Shown here piece after piece: positions 19,069-27,770 of a stretch of 64,000 nucleotides of DNA. Location of the stretch: NCBI GenBank assembly GCA_030765135.1, contig JAVCDC010000082.1:4351-68350 (forward strand), given 5' to 3'. The DNA comes from Candidatus Tritonobacter lacicola. Lineage in GTDB: Bacteria > Auribacterota > Tritonobacteria > Tritonobacterales > Tritonobacteraceae. Every line of letters starts with the position of its first letter. Position 1 is the first letter of the stretch. The position numbers and the translations under genes were made by a program. A model generated the notes under the pieces. The model was not told the origin of the DNA. It searched no databases and worked only from the letters and a program-made list of their open reading frames with translations.

Positions 19069-20535
19069 TTATTCCCTTGAAAGGATGGCAGTCGCCCGCC
19101 TACTTACATCACGGTCATCGCCGGCAAGCTGTAAAGCCAGGGCAGAAGCTTTTCTTGCCTCTCCCCACCTGCCCAGCTTTACATAAGATTCTGCCAATCC
19201 GAGGTGAAATCGAGGATTTTCCGGAGTTCTTTTAAGACATTCTTTCCAGAAAAGGGAGGCGTTTAAATACTCTCCCTGTTTTCCTTTAACCATAGCCATA
19301 TAGTAATAGACCATGGGTTCAGCAGGATTAATAGCGATAGCTTTTTTTAAATTATTCTCGGCGATATTCAAATTTCTCTCTTGCTTTACCTCTAAAATGG
19401 CTGCAGCCAGATAGGCACCCGGATTTTGAGGATCATTTCTGAGTGCGGTTTCGATATCCTTCTGCGCTTTAATGAAATTTCTGCTGTTCATGCTATCATG
19501 AGCCCTGCTGATAAGGTAATTAGACCTGGCATTCAAAGTCTTGGTCGTCCAGGGGCATTTCTCAAGAACCGTGCTGTGATACTCATACGCTTGCTTCCAA
19601 TCTTGGAGACTGAAATATGCATCTCCTATCCTCGCATAGACCCAATAATAATCGGGTCTCACTTTAAGAACATTCTTCCACATATCGATCGACCGCTGAT
19701 AATAGCCTAGTCTAGTGAGATTGGACGCATAATATTCTATCTCCTCCGGCGTTAATAAGCGGATTGACATAGCCTCCCTATATGCCCCATCGGCGCCCAC
19801 AGGATTATTCTCTTCCAGAAGATAAACGGCAAAGTCCAGGTATGCCCGTGCATCTCGCGGGAGAATTTTTTTGATGTTATCCGCTTTCATGCCGCTATCG
19901 CCGAGGGCGACAATAATGCTGTAAGCCATCCGGCTATCCCCATCGATCGCCTTTTGAAAATAGGGTATCGCCTCCTGCCTCTCCCCGTTCTCGAGTAGGA
20001 ATAATCCTGTTATATAGCTGTAATACGGAGAATCGGGATAGAGGCTTTGTGCCTTGAGAAACTCGCTCCGGGCCTCCGATGCCAGCTTCTCACCCTGGAA
20101 AGATGATGAAAGGAACTGGTTGATGGAAGCAACCCTGAGATGGGAAACAGAATCAGTCGGCTCGAACTCTTCCGCCCTGAGGAACTCGTCCTTCGCCAGC
20201 ATGAGGATCTGCGGCGTGTTAAGTTTCCGGTCACCGACATCGACGGAGCCTTCCCCGCCCGCCATATTCAGTTTGATTGCGTAGGGAAGATACCTGAGAT
20301 AAAGATCACCCAGCCCTCTGTGATATGATGAATCGCTTCGGTTCAGACGGACAGCCTTTTCCATAAGAGCCAGGGCTTCACCGTACTCCCTGATCGTCTC
20401 TCTCGAGACGGCGGGCTCTTCTTTCATGATCCTCTTCGCGGAAAGAAACGCCCTCTGCGCAATAGCTTGCCTGATAGAAAAATAGACGAGGAAGGCCAGA
20501 ATGGCGCAAATCAATATGGCTACGAATTTCCTCAT
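19069..20535 (-). CDS. TPR-repeat protein with N-terminal membrane anchor
   Basis: An N-terminal TM helix is followed by repeated A-x-x-x-Y/F...A-L...P 34-aa units (e.g. GEYLNASLFWKECLKRTPENPRFHLGLAESYVKLGRWGEA). Confidence 0.8.
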   Translation of the reverse strand: MRKFVAILICAILAFLVYFSIRQAIAQRAFLSAKRIMKEEPAVSRETIREYGEALALMEKAVRLNRSDSSYHRGLGDLYLRYLPYAIKLNMAGGEGSVDVGDRKLNTPQILMLAKDEFLRAEEFEPTDSVSHLRVASINQFLSSSFQGEKLASEARSEFLKAQSLYPDSPYYSYITGLFLLENGERQEAIPYFQKAIDGDSRMAYSIIVALGDSGMKADNIKKILPRDARAYLDFAVYLLEENNPVGADGAYREAMSIRLLTPEEIEYYASNLTRLGYYQRSIDMWKNVLKVRPDYYWVYARIGDAYFSLQDWKQAYEYHSTVLEKCPWTTKTLNARSNYLISRAHDSMNSRNFIKAQKDIETALRNDPQNPGAYLAAAILEVKQERNLNIAENNLKKAIAINPAEPMVYYYMAMVKGKQGEYLNASLFWKECLKRTPENPRFHLGLAESYVKLGRWGEARKASALALQLAGDDRDVSRRATAILSRE

Positions 20536-20568
20536 ATAAATTAGCTCACTTCGTTCGCAAATTTATTA

Positions 20569-22002
20569 TTAAAGCTGGGAGGAGCCATTGGTTCCTCCGG
20601 GTTCCATGGAGAACAAGATTCCTATAAGTACGGCGAAGACAAGGGCGTTGGCCGGCATGTGGAGGCCGAAGTCGGTGAAGCTGTGAAGAAGAATGGCCAG
20701 CATCGAAGCGGCTATGCCCGCTGTGAGACCCCTGGCATACGGCGTGGATTCGGCCCTCAGAAGTGCAACCGCCTTCCTCACGATCAGGACAAGAATCCAG
20801 ATCAGACAGACCAGGCCCACAATGCCGAACTCAACCAGGAACTCCAGGTAGTCGTTGTGTGCGTGGTCGTAAATGGCGTTGCTTATGATAGCCGGCTGGA
20901 CGACTGGAAAGACGGAGACAAATGCCCCGAGACCGCATCCAAAGATGGGATACTCCTTAACAAGACCGAGAGAAGCCTTCCAGATAATCCACCTGCCGCC
21001 GGCGGAGTCCCCGAGATGAGCTGTGTCGGCGAGACCGGCAAACCGCTCGGTCACGACATCCAGGCCCATCCAGACACCTGCCAGCAAGACAATAACGAGG
21101 ATTGAGACGATGATCCACAGCTTCGACCTTGAGCCCCACTCACCGGCAAAGAGACAACCAAGAAACACCATCGAGGCCGCGAAACTCAGGATGCCCGCCC
21201 TTGAACGGGAGAAGATAATGGCGAGAGACATGACGATAACAGCGAAAAAGCCCAGGGCGACAAGGTTAACCCTCTCCCCCGCCATCCATTTCAAACTTGC
21301 CCTCCAGTTCCTTAAATGGGGAACCGCGCTGAGAGCCAGGCCGAGGACAAGGGGAACCACCATCTCCAGATAGCCCGCGAAATGGTTCCTGTTAATAAAG
21401 GTTCCCGTGGCGGATTCAAGGTACCACTTCTTTTTGTAGAAGAGGATATGCTGGGACCCGCTAAAATATTCGATGAGGCCATAAAACGCCTCGAAGCATC
21501 CAACGAGGATTATGACCAATACCAGGCGATTGATATCCTTTCTGGTCTTCGCCATATTTACGACGAGAAAGAATATTGATAGGTACGCCGCAAGCTCGAC
21601 GGCCCGGTGAGCGGAAGCCGCCGGGCATAAACTCAACGTCCGCAACCCCGCCACCCCGGGCACATGCGGCAGGTACTCCGAGTAAATATCATAAGCTCCG
21701 GGTGAAAGAACCTTCAGCACTGACACAGGAAGAGGGACAAGCTGCAGGACCACAAGGACGACTAATAAAAAAACAGGGCATAGGAGGGGGAACCGGAAAC
21801 GGGAAGGCTGGATAAAGGCGTTCTTTATAAGAAAAAGGCCCAGGGAAAAAAATGCAAGGACCTCCATCACCGTCCGGGCCCAGTACACGTTGCCGCCGAA
21901 AGATAGGGGCACGAAGACAAGGAGAAAAATGAGGCAGAACCAGATTACTCTGTCAATGCAGCTAAGACGTGTAATGTGTAATGTGTTATGTGGCAGGTTC
22001 AT
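20569..22002 (-). CDS. Second O-antigen ligase/polymerase-family (Wzy_C-like) membrane protein
   Basis: A polytopic protein. IFSRSRAGILSFAASMVF and the later YDHAHNDYLEFLVEFG are typical of the O-antigen ligase family. Confidence 0.75.
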   Translation of the reverse strand: MNLPHNTLHITRLSCIDRVIWFCLIFLLVFVPLSFGGNVYWARTVMEVLAFFSLGLFLIKNAFIQPSRFRFPLLCPVFLLVVLVVLQLVPLPVSVLKVLSPGAYDIYSEYLPHVPGVAGLRTLSLCPAASAHRAVELAAYLSIFFLVVNMAKTRKDINRLVLVIILVGCFEAFYGLIEYFSGSQHILFYKKKWYLESATGTFINRNHFAGYLEMVVPLVLGLALSAVPHLRNWRASLKWMAGERVNLVALGFFAVIVMSLAIIFSRSRAGILSFAASMVFLGCLFAGEWGSRSKLWIIVSILVIVLLAGVWMGLDVVTERFAGLADTAHLGDSAGGRWIIWKASLGLVKEYPIFGCGLGAFVSVFPVVQPAIISNAIYDHAHNDYLEFLVEFGIVGLVCLIWILVLIVRKAVALLRAESTPYARGLTAGIAASMLAILLHSFTDFGLHMPANALVFAVLIGILFSMEPGGTNGSSQL

Positions 22003-22056
22003 TATTAGCGTGTAACGTGTTAGTGTGCCGTCTTAAAAATAACCTTACATAATCCT

Positions 22057-22160
22057 GTCATTGCGAGCCCCGGAGGGGCGAAGCAATCTCTAGACCTCAA
22101 CAGAACCCTCTCTCATACAACGTGATGAGATTGCTTCGTCGCTAAGCTCCTCGCAATGAC
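22057..22160. repeat. Composite inverted repeat (GTCATTGCGAG...GCGAAGCAATCTC // GAGATTGCTTCG...CTCGCAATGAC)
   Basis: 22057-22067 pairs with 22150-22160, and 22078-22090 pairs with 22127-22138. The element sits in the 266-bp spacer between the MNT gene and the wzy-like gene. Confidence 0.5.
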
Positions 22161-22268
22161 AATGATGATAACCAAAATGACAATTACTCGGACACACTCC
22201 TAGCCCCTACTATTCATAAATATCAGAAAAACACTTCAACAGCCTATTTTAAAAAGCATTAGACTGGA

Positions 22269-22661
22269 TTAACAGGATAAAGAATTTTTATGTATGAATT
22301 TTTCTCCATGGAGCCACTTAACTTCCCCGAGAACATGTTTAATCCAGAAATTGCCTTCGCTATTCATCCGCCTCAATTCCTCAACAGTATAAGGAAAAAC
22401 ATCCACGCCTACGGGAAAACGCGTTGGAAGAAATGCGACAATCCTATCCGGCAGAGGGATGGGAGAATCCTTCAGAATTACTAAGAGGTCAACATCGCTG
22501 CCTACTGAATAATCGCCCGTGGAATAAGACCCGAACAGGCCGACCGCCTCGACCTCGGGGTGATTTTCCTTCAGCTCATCCAGGTACCGCGACAGACCCC
22601 GGAAAACTGCTTCCTTATCAACGAACCTTATTTTCACAGAATGCGAGGATTGTTTCCGCAT
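22269..22661 (-). CDS. MNT-type nucleotidyltransferase (antitoxin-like partner of HEPN)
   Basis: GLFGSYSTGDYSVGSDVDLLVIL matches the G-S-x10-D-x-D pol-beta nucleotidyltransferase motif. I chose the start at 22661; the track ORF extends to 22721. Confidence 0.8.
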   Translation of the reverse strand: MRKQSSHSVKIRFVDKEAVFRGLSRYLDELKENHPEVEAVGLFGSYSTGDYSVGSDVDLLVILKDSPIPLPDRIVAFLPTRFPVGVDVFPYTVEELRRMNSEGNFWIKHVLGEVKWLHGEKFIHKNSLSC

Positions 22662-23007
22662 ATTCAATAGCCCTCTCTGCTTCCGCTCTTGTGTAATAGT
22701 CCGCAGGTATCCCCACATCAAAACCGTTTGGATACCGGCTAAAAATATAGTGCTTATCTATCTCCTTCGCCTTTTCAATCAAGCCCTCTGGAATCTCGAT
22801 GGCGCCGGGCAGGTTGCTGAGGAGCTGGGTAACCGAATGGCCCCAGGCCTCTCCTTTCAAGCTTATATATAGTCCCTTCACTGCTTTCTCGGCTGCTTGT
22901 TGAGCACTGAAGCAGGCCCACTCGAAATCTTCCCCCCAAGCCGAGAGTTTCGCATGCTCCAGATCCCTCCTCGCTTGTCTCAGCCAATCTCTGCTTCTTT
23001 CAGGCAT
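22618..23007 (-). CDS. HEPN-domain protein (toxin-like partner of MNT)
   Basis: MPERSRDWLRQARRDLEHAKLS...CFSAQQAAEKAVKGL...HSVTQLL shows the HEPN helical pattern. It overlaps the MNT gene. Confidence 0.8.
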   Translation of the reverse strand: MPERSRDWLRQARRDLEHAKLSAWGEDFEWACFSAQQAAEKAVKGLYISLKGEAWGHSVTQLLSNLPGAIEIPEGLIEKAKEIDKHYIFSRYPNGFDVGIPADYYTRAEAERAIEYAETILAFCENKVR

Positions 23008-23176
23008 TATAAACTCCCTTTATAGATTGCCGCCCTTCGACTGCGCTCAGGACTACGCACCCTGCTTCGCCCTTCTGCGGAGTTTATACTGAGCATAGCC
23101 GAAGTGATCAGGATCTTTGACAGGGCTCGCAACGACATGCGATGGATCTTCTACGCTCCTTGCATCCAGAACCACT

Positions 23177-24004
23177 TTATCCAGCCTCTTTTCTGATTCC
23201 GGCCAAAACCTGTTTATGTGTTTTGAATATCCTGCGGCGCTTCCTCCTCGGCCTGGTGGGAGAAGGAAGGTCCTCTATCTTCATATCCTCTATCACGGCC
23301 CGCGGATAATCCACGACCATAGAGCGCGCCCTCTCCCCGCCTACGACCTCTTCTGCCAATGCAACAGCCTCGCTTAAAACCGGGGGCCTCTTCCTTGAGT
23401 CATGGGCGTCCGAGGCGATAATATGCGCGAGATTGTTCTTCATGAGGGCGAACGCCGTGGATTCAGCTTTCTCTCCGAAGCCTCCCGTAACGCTCATCGC
23501 CGTGATCTGGGCCATGGCGCCACACTGAATGAGATCGAATAAAAGACCGGGATTGTCCTGAATGGCGGGATTCCTCTCCGGGTGAGTAACTATGGGAATA
23601 ACAGCCTCGGCGAGCAGCCTATCGATGAAACCGCTCATCACGGCGGGTGTCAAGAAAACCGAGAACTCAAGGAGAATGTATCTTCCGCCGTTTACAGTGA
23701 GACCCTCTCTCGACATCTTTAGCCTGTCGAGTATCTCCGGAACAGCATGAACGTCCGCGCCGGGCACTATCTCCAGGCCGGAATCCACGCACTCCATCAA
23801 CCCTGTCAAAGCATCGGTTATACGATCGGGGTCCGGGGAGACATGGAGAGGGCTCATGACGTGAGGCGATGCGACAATCGTTTTTATCCCGTCGGAAAGG
23901 GCGACGCGGCACATTTCCAAAGATTCTGCCATCGTCCGCGGCCCATCGTCTATGCCGGGAAGGATGTGGCAGTGAAGATCGATTAAAGAATGCTCAATTT
24001 TCAA
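23177..24004 (-). CDS. PHP-family protein-tyrosine phosphatase (CpsB/YwqE type; functional Wzb)
   Basis: LIDLHCHILPGIDDGPRTMAESLEM...IVASPH...VTHPERN...IASDAH are the four His-rich PHP motifs. The start is a TTG at 24004-24002 with an in-frame TGA two codons upstream. Confidence 0.85.
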   Translation of the reverse strand: MKIEHSLIDLHCHILPGIDDGPRTMAESLEMCRVALSDGIKTIVASPHVMSPLHVSPDPDRITDALTGLMECVDSGLEIVPGADVHAVPEILDRLKMSREGLTVNGGRYILLEFSVFLTPAVMSGFIDRLLAEAVIPIVTHPERNPAIQDNPGLLFDLIQCGAMAQITAMSVTGGFGEKAESTAFALMKNNLAHIIASDAHDSRKRPPVLSEAVALAEEVVGGERARSMVVDYPRAVIEDMKIEDLPSPTRPRRKRRRIFKTHKQVLAGIRKEAG

Positions 24005-24043
24005 TTTTCAATGCTCAATTTTCAATGTTCAATTCTCAATTAC
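23991..24043. repeat. Imperfect heptanucleotide tandem repeat (CAATNNT x7) overlapping the phosphatase start codon
   Basis: The sequence reads caatttt caatttt caatgct caatttt caatgtt caattct caatt. Confidence 0.55.
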
Positions 24044-24066
24044 TATATGTTCTATTCCCTCTATTA

Positions 24067-24158
24067 CCCTCTCCCTTTGCCAAGGGGAGAGGGCAGGGTG
24101 AGGGGTTGTGAGGATACACCCCCTCACTCTAACTCTCTCCCCCTCAAGGGGGAGAGAG
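24067..24158. repeat. Three consecutive GC-rich hairpins (REP-like) between wzc and the phosphatase gene
   Basis: Hairpin 1 is CCCTCTCCC-N9-GGGAGAGGG (24067-24093). Hairpin 2 is GTGAGGGG-N14-CCCCTCAC (24098-24127). Hairpin 3 is TCTCTCCCCC-TCAA-GGGGGAGAGA (about 24134-24157). Confidence 0.5.
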
Positions 24159-24244
24159 GATTCTTTTAATCGAGACGCCGGCTCCATAATAACTATTGTC
24201 CAACGAGGAAGAAAAATCCTTGAAAAAAAACGTGGAAAGTCCTT

Positions 24245-26530
24245 CTATACCTTCTCCTTGACTGTCTTATCCCGGGTGAATTTCCGCTTCCTTCGCTTCC
24301 CCCTGCCTTCCTCACCATAGTTGTAGTAGTAATAATGCTGGTAATAGTAGTAAGGGTCCCTGTCCACATCCACGTTATTAATAATCACGCCGAAGATGGT
24401 CGCGTTGACCTCCTTTAAAAGCGCCTTGGCCCTGCGAACGATGTCCCTGGCAGTTACACCTCCTTCAACCACGAGGACCACACCGTCAACCACGGTGGAT
24501 AAAATAATGCTGTCCGAAAAGCCGATTACGGGCGCTGAATCCAGTATGATGTGATCGAACTCGGACACCGCATCAGCGAGCAGGGCGCGCATTCCCCCGC
24601 CCATAAGGAGGTCGCCGGACTTGTGAGTCACGGGGCCGGCGGTCAGGACGGAGAGATTCTCGATGTGCGTTGGCCTGACAAGCTCCTTCCATGCCGGGTT
24701 TCCCTTCAGGTAATCGGAGAGCCCCCTGGAATTGTCCAGTTCAAGGGCCCTGTGACAAGCCGGCCGCCTCAGGTCGGCGTCGATCAGAAGAACCTTCAAG
24801 CCCGTCTGGCAGAAAGTAATTGCGATATTGACCGAGGCAGTGGTCTTTCCCTCGCCGGGCTGGCTGCTTGTGACCAGGAGGGTCTTCGGCGACGATTTCC
24901 CGTCGGAGAGGAGAAGGGAAGTCCTGACGGAGCGATAGGACTCGGAGATAATCGAACGAGCGTCGGCATGGCTCACGGTCTCGATGGGGCCTTCCTGCTT
25001 CCCGCCACCACCCGTAAGGAGCCTGACGCCCTTTGCCGGCAGGACGCTGGCAAGGGCGGGTATGACGCCTATCGAGGGGAGATGAAAAACCCTCTCCACT
25101 TCATCAGGCGTGTTAATCGTGTTGTCCAGATACTCGAGGAAGAAAGCGAGGCCGACGCCGCCTATAAGGCCGAGTATCATGCCGAGCAGGACGTTCAATT
25201 TTCTCCTGGGCCTGTACTTCCTCACTGGCACATCGGCTTTATCGAGGACGGTGATGTTCCCGGCTTTGAGGCCCGCGGCGATTGACGCTTCTTTCGTCCT
25301 CTGGAGCATCGCGTTGTAGATCCCCCGGTTGGTATCCACCTCGTTCTTCAGGATGCCGTACTCAATGGCGCTCTCGTTCAGCTTCCGCACCTCGGCCTTC
25401 TGCTTTTCGAGACCATCCCTCACGGACTTCTCCCGTGCGAGGCCGGCCTTGTACTCGTGTCTTACGCCCTCGATAACGTTGGCAATCTCCTTCCGGATCA
25501 TCTCCTTTTCCTGGTCCATCTTGTGCTGAAGACGGACCATCGCGGGATATGCAGGCTTGAACTTTTTTGACTTCTCGTTGTACTCCCTTTCAAGCTCCTG
25601 GTAGTCGCCCTTCAACTCCTGGACCAGGTTGTTGTTCAAAACGGCGGGGATCTCATCGGGCTTCTTGCCGATTGTCTCCCTGTAACTCGCCTCCGCCTTC
25701 ATCCTGTCGAATTCAGCCGCGGCAAGCTCCTTGTTCAGCTCGTTCAGCTTCTCGACGATAATGTTCTGCTTCTCGTCGAGGCCCAAAATATCTTTCCCCT
25801 TGCTGTACTCTTGCAGAAACCTCTCCGACTCCTTCACGCGCAGCTTCAGCTCATCGAGCTTCGATGAGAGGAACTCCCTTGCCTGCTCCGTGGCGGAGTA
25901 CTTGTCCTCGAAGTTGAGATCGATGTAGGCGCGTGCGACGGCGTTGGCGGCATCCGCAGTGAGTTGTTTATCATGTGCAGTGAAGCTCACGTTCACAAGC
26001 CTGCTGTCCTTAAAAGGACTCACCTCCACGCTATTCTGAAAAGCTTTCAAGAGAGCTTCTTCAGCCCTTCTTTGCTTGTCCGGCTTCTCACTCGCGAGGA
26101 TTCCCTCCAGCAGCTTCGAGTACTCGGGGTTGCGGGCAAGATCCAGCTTGTCGATCACCTTACGGGCGACAGCACGGCTCTGGATAATCTTGTACTGGGT
26201 CCCGTAGAAATCGCTCATGTCGGCATTGATGGCCATAACTTCTTCGAAGGAGAGGACGTTGGGATTCTCCTTCTCTATCTTGACGGTCGTCGTGGCCCTG
26301 AAAACGGGCCGCATCACGAAGGAAGCTATAGTCACTATCGAGACGAGGATGATGAAGAAGGCGGCGATCACCCCCTTCCGCTTGAGGATTACCCTCCAGT
26401 AATCTCTCAGGTGCGGACCTTCGGGCTCCGGGGCAAAATCCGGGTAGACGGGCCCGTAGGTGATATCGCGGGAAGACCTCACGACCTGTCCTCCTTGCGG
26501 CAGAACTCCCTTTATCCTCTCGTCATCCAT
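24245..26530 (-). CDS. wzc: Polysaccharide co-polymerase / BY-tyrosine autokinase (Wzc/GumC-EpsB type)
   Basis: An N-terminal Wzz-type domain with 2 TM helices and a long coiled coil is followed by the C-terminal Walker A VTSSQPGEGKTTASVNIA. The Tyr cluster YYYYQHYYYYNY lies near the C-terminus. Confidence 0.9.
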   Translation of the reverse strand: MDDERIKGVLPQGGQVVRSSRDITYGPVYPDFAPEPEGPHLRDYWRVILKRKGVIAAFFIILVSIVTIASFVMRPVFRATTTVKIEKENPNVLSFEEVMAINADMSDFYGTQYKIIQSRAVARKVIDKLDLARNPEYSKLLEGILASEKPDKQRRAEEALLKAFQNSVEVSPFKDSRLVNVSFTAHDKQLTADAANAVARAYIDLNFEDKYSATEQAREFLSSKLDELKLRVKESERFLQEYSKGKDILGLDEKQNIIVEKLNELNKELAAAEFDRMKAEASYRETIGKKPDEIPAVLNNNLVQELKGDYQELEREYNEKSKKFKPAYPAMVRLQHKMDQEKEMIRKEIANVIEGVRHEYKAGLAREKSVRDGLEKQKAEVRKLNESAIEYGILKNEVDTNRGIYNAMLQRTKEASIAAGLKAGNITVLDKADVPVRKYRPRRKLNVLLGMILGLIGGVGLAFFLEYLDNTINTPDEVERVFHLPSIGVIPALASVLPAKGVRLLTGGGGKQEGPIETVSHADARSIISESYRSVRTSLLLSDGKSSPKTLLVTSSQPGEGKTTASVNIAITFCQTGLKVLLIDADLRRPACHRALELDNSRGLSDYLKGNPAWKELVRPTHIENLSVLTAGPVTHKSGDLLMGGGMRALLADAVSEFDHIILDSAPVIGFSDSIILSTVVDGVVLVVEGGVTARDIVRRAKALLKEVNATIFGVIINNVDVDRDPYYYYQHYYYYNYGEEGRGKRRKRKFTRDKTVKEKV

Positions 26531-26532
26531 AA

Positions 26533-27627
26533 CTATATCGCGAAGCTTGCGCCTGCCACCATCCCCACAAACTGGATAAAGCCCACCATGAAAGCCTTGA
26601 AATGGTTCTTCGGGACGACAACCAGATCTCCGCCCTGGATAAATGTGTCTTCGGCCTTACCTGTTTCCAGCTTGCTCAGGTTGAAGTGGATGCGGTGCTT
26701 CTTACCCGTCTCGTCGCGCCGTACGATACGGACGCTCCGGGGCCACGCCATGTTCGTCAGTCCCCCCGCGTGATGGACCACCTGAAGAACTGTAAAATCC
26801 CTCGTCAGGCTGTACTGCCCCGGTTTCTGCACCTCACCGGTAACGAAAAACGGGAGGGCGGGCGGGATATTGATGATATCGCCGGGCTGGAGGTAATGAT
26901 TGAGCGACTGGTCGCCCCTTTCCAGAAGCTGATGGAGATCCACGACTATGGGAGGAGCCAGCATGCCGGCGCTTCCCCTGCCTCTCTTCAGCTGGTAGCT
27001 GATCTGGTAAACGGTCGAGTCGCTGCTCGCCCCCGCGCGGATTAGAAAAAGGGTAAACCCGGCCTCCTCCGTCAGACCTTCGGCCTGGGACATGAAGTCT
27101 ATGAGAGTATTAACTTTCTTCGTGATGGGATAAGACCCGGGCTTGTTAACGGCGCCAACTACAAACACCTTCTTGCTCTTGTACTCCTTGACGAAGACGC
27201 TGACCTGCGGGTCATGGAGATACTTTTCCTCGAGAAGTTCGGTAATCTCATCCTGGAGGACCCCGGCAGTCTTGCCCTTGGCCTTTATATCCCTCAGGAG
27301 GGGCAGGTTTATCGTCCCGTCCCCTTCCACCCGCACCGACTTGCTGAGCTCGGGGACCTCGAACACCGTTATCTCCAGCAGGTCCTCCGGCCCGATGACA
27401 TAACCCTTACCCCAGAGTAAACGGGGCTCCTCCCTCGCAGCGACTCCCAGATAGGGAGGGGCGCTCGCCGGAATCAGTTCTCCGTCCCTCGCAACCACCT
27501 CGCAGGATTGGCCCCCTCCCCCGTCATGAAACCGGGCCTCGTTTATACGGTCGATCGAGCCTCCGGCGCAACCCGCAACCAGCGCAAGGCAGGAAAACAG
27601 ACAGGGGAAGAAGCGATAGCTTCTCAT
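26533..27627 (-). CDS. wza: Outer-membrane polysaccharide export lipoprotein (Wza-like; Poly_export + SLBB)
   Basis: A lipobox is present (ALVAGC). The Poly_export motif is YVIGPEDLLEITVFEVPELSKSVRVEGDGTINLPLLRDIKAKGKT, and SLBB-like repeats include GDIINIP and GDLVVVP. Confidence 0.9.
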   Translation of the reverse strand: MRSYRFFPCLFSCLALVAGCAGGSIDRINEARFHDGGGGQSCEVVARDGELIPASAPPYLGVAAREEPRLLWGKGYVIGPEDLLEITVFEVPELSKSVRVEGDGTINLPLLRDIKAKGKTAGVLQDEITELLEEKYLHDPQVSVFVKEYKSKKVFVVGAVNKPGSYPITKKVNTLIDFMSQAEGLTEEAGFTLFLIRAGASSDSTVYQISYQLKRGRGSAGMLAPPIVVDLHQLLERGDQSLNHYLQPGDIINIPPALPFFVTGEVQKPGQYSLTRDFTVLQVVHHAGGLTNMAWPRSVRIVRRDETGKKHRIHFNLSKLETGKAEDTFIQGGDLVVVPKNHFKAFMVGFIQFVGMVAGASFAI

Positions 27628-27698
27628 GGTGTCACACTCACTAACATCAACTCCGAGATTCCGCCCATTATACAGGAATAAAGGGGGACCCTACAAAC

Positions 27699-27726
27699 GA
27701 AAGGGCGTTCAATCGAACGCCCTTTC
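27699..27726 (-). terminator. Candidate intrinsic terminator downstream of the FecR-domain gene
   Basis: GAAAGGGCGTTC-AATC-GAACGCCCTTTC forms a 12-bp stem. On the minus strand it is followed by a moderately T-rich tail (CGTTTGT). Confidence 0.5.
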
Positions 27727-27770
27727 TCCGCAATGTTCAGGAAGTTCTCCGTTAATTATAAGGAGAAATT

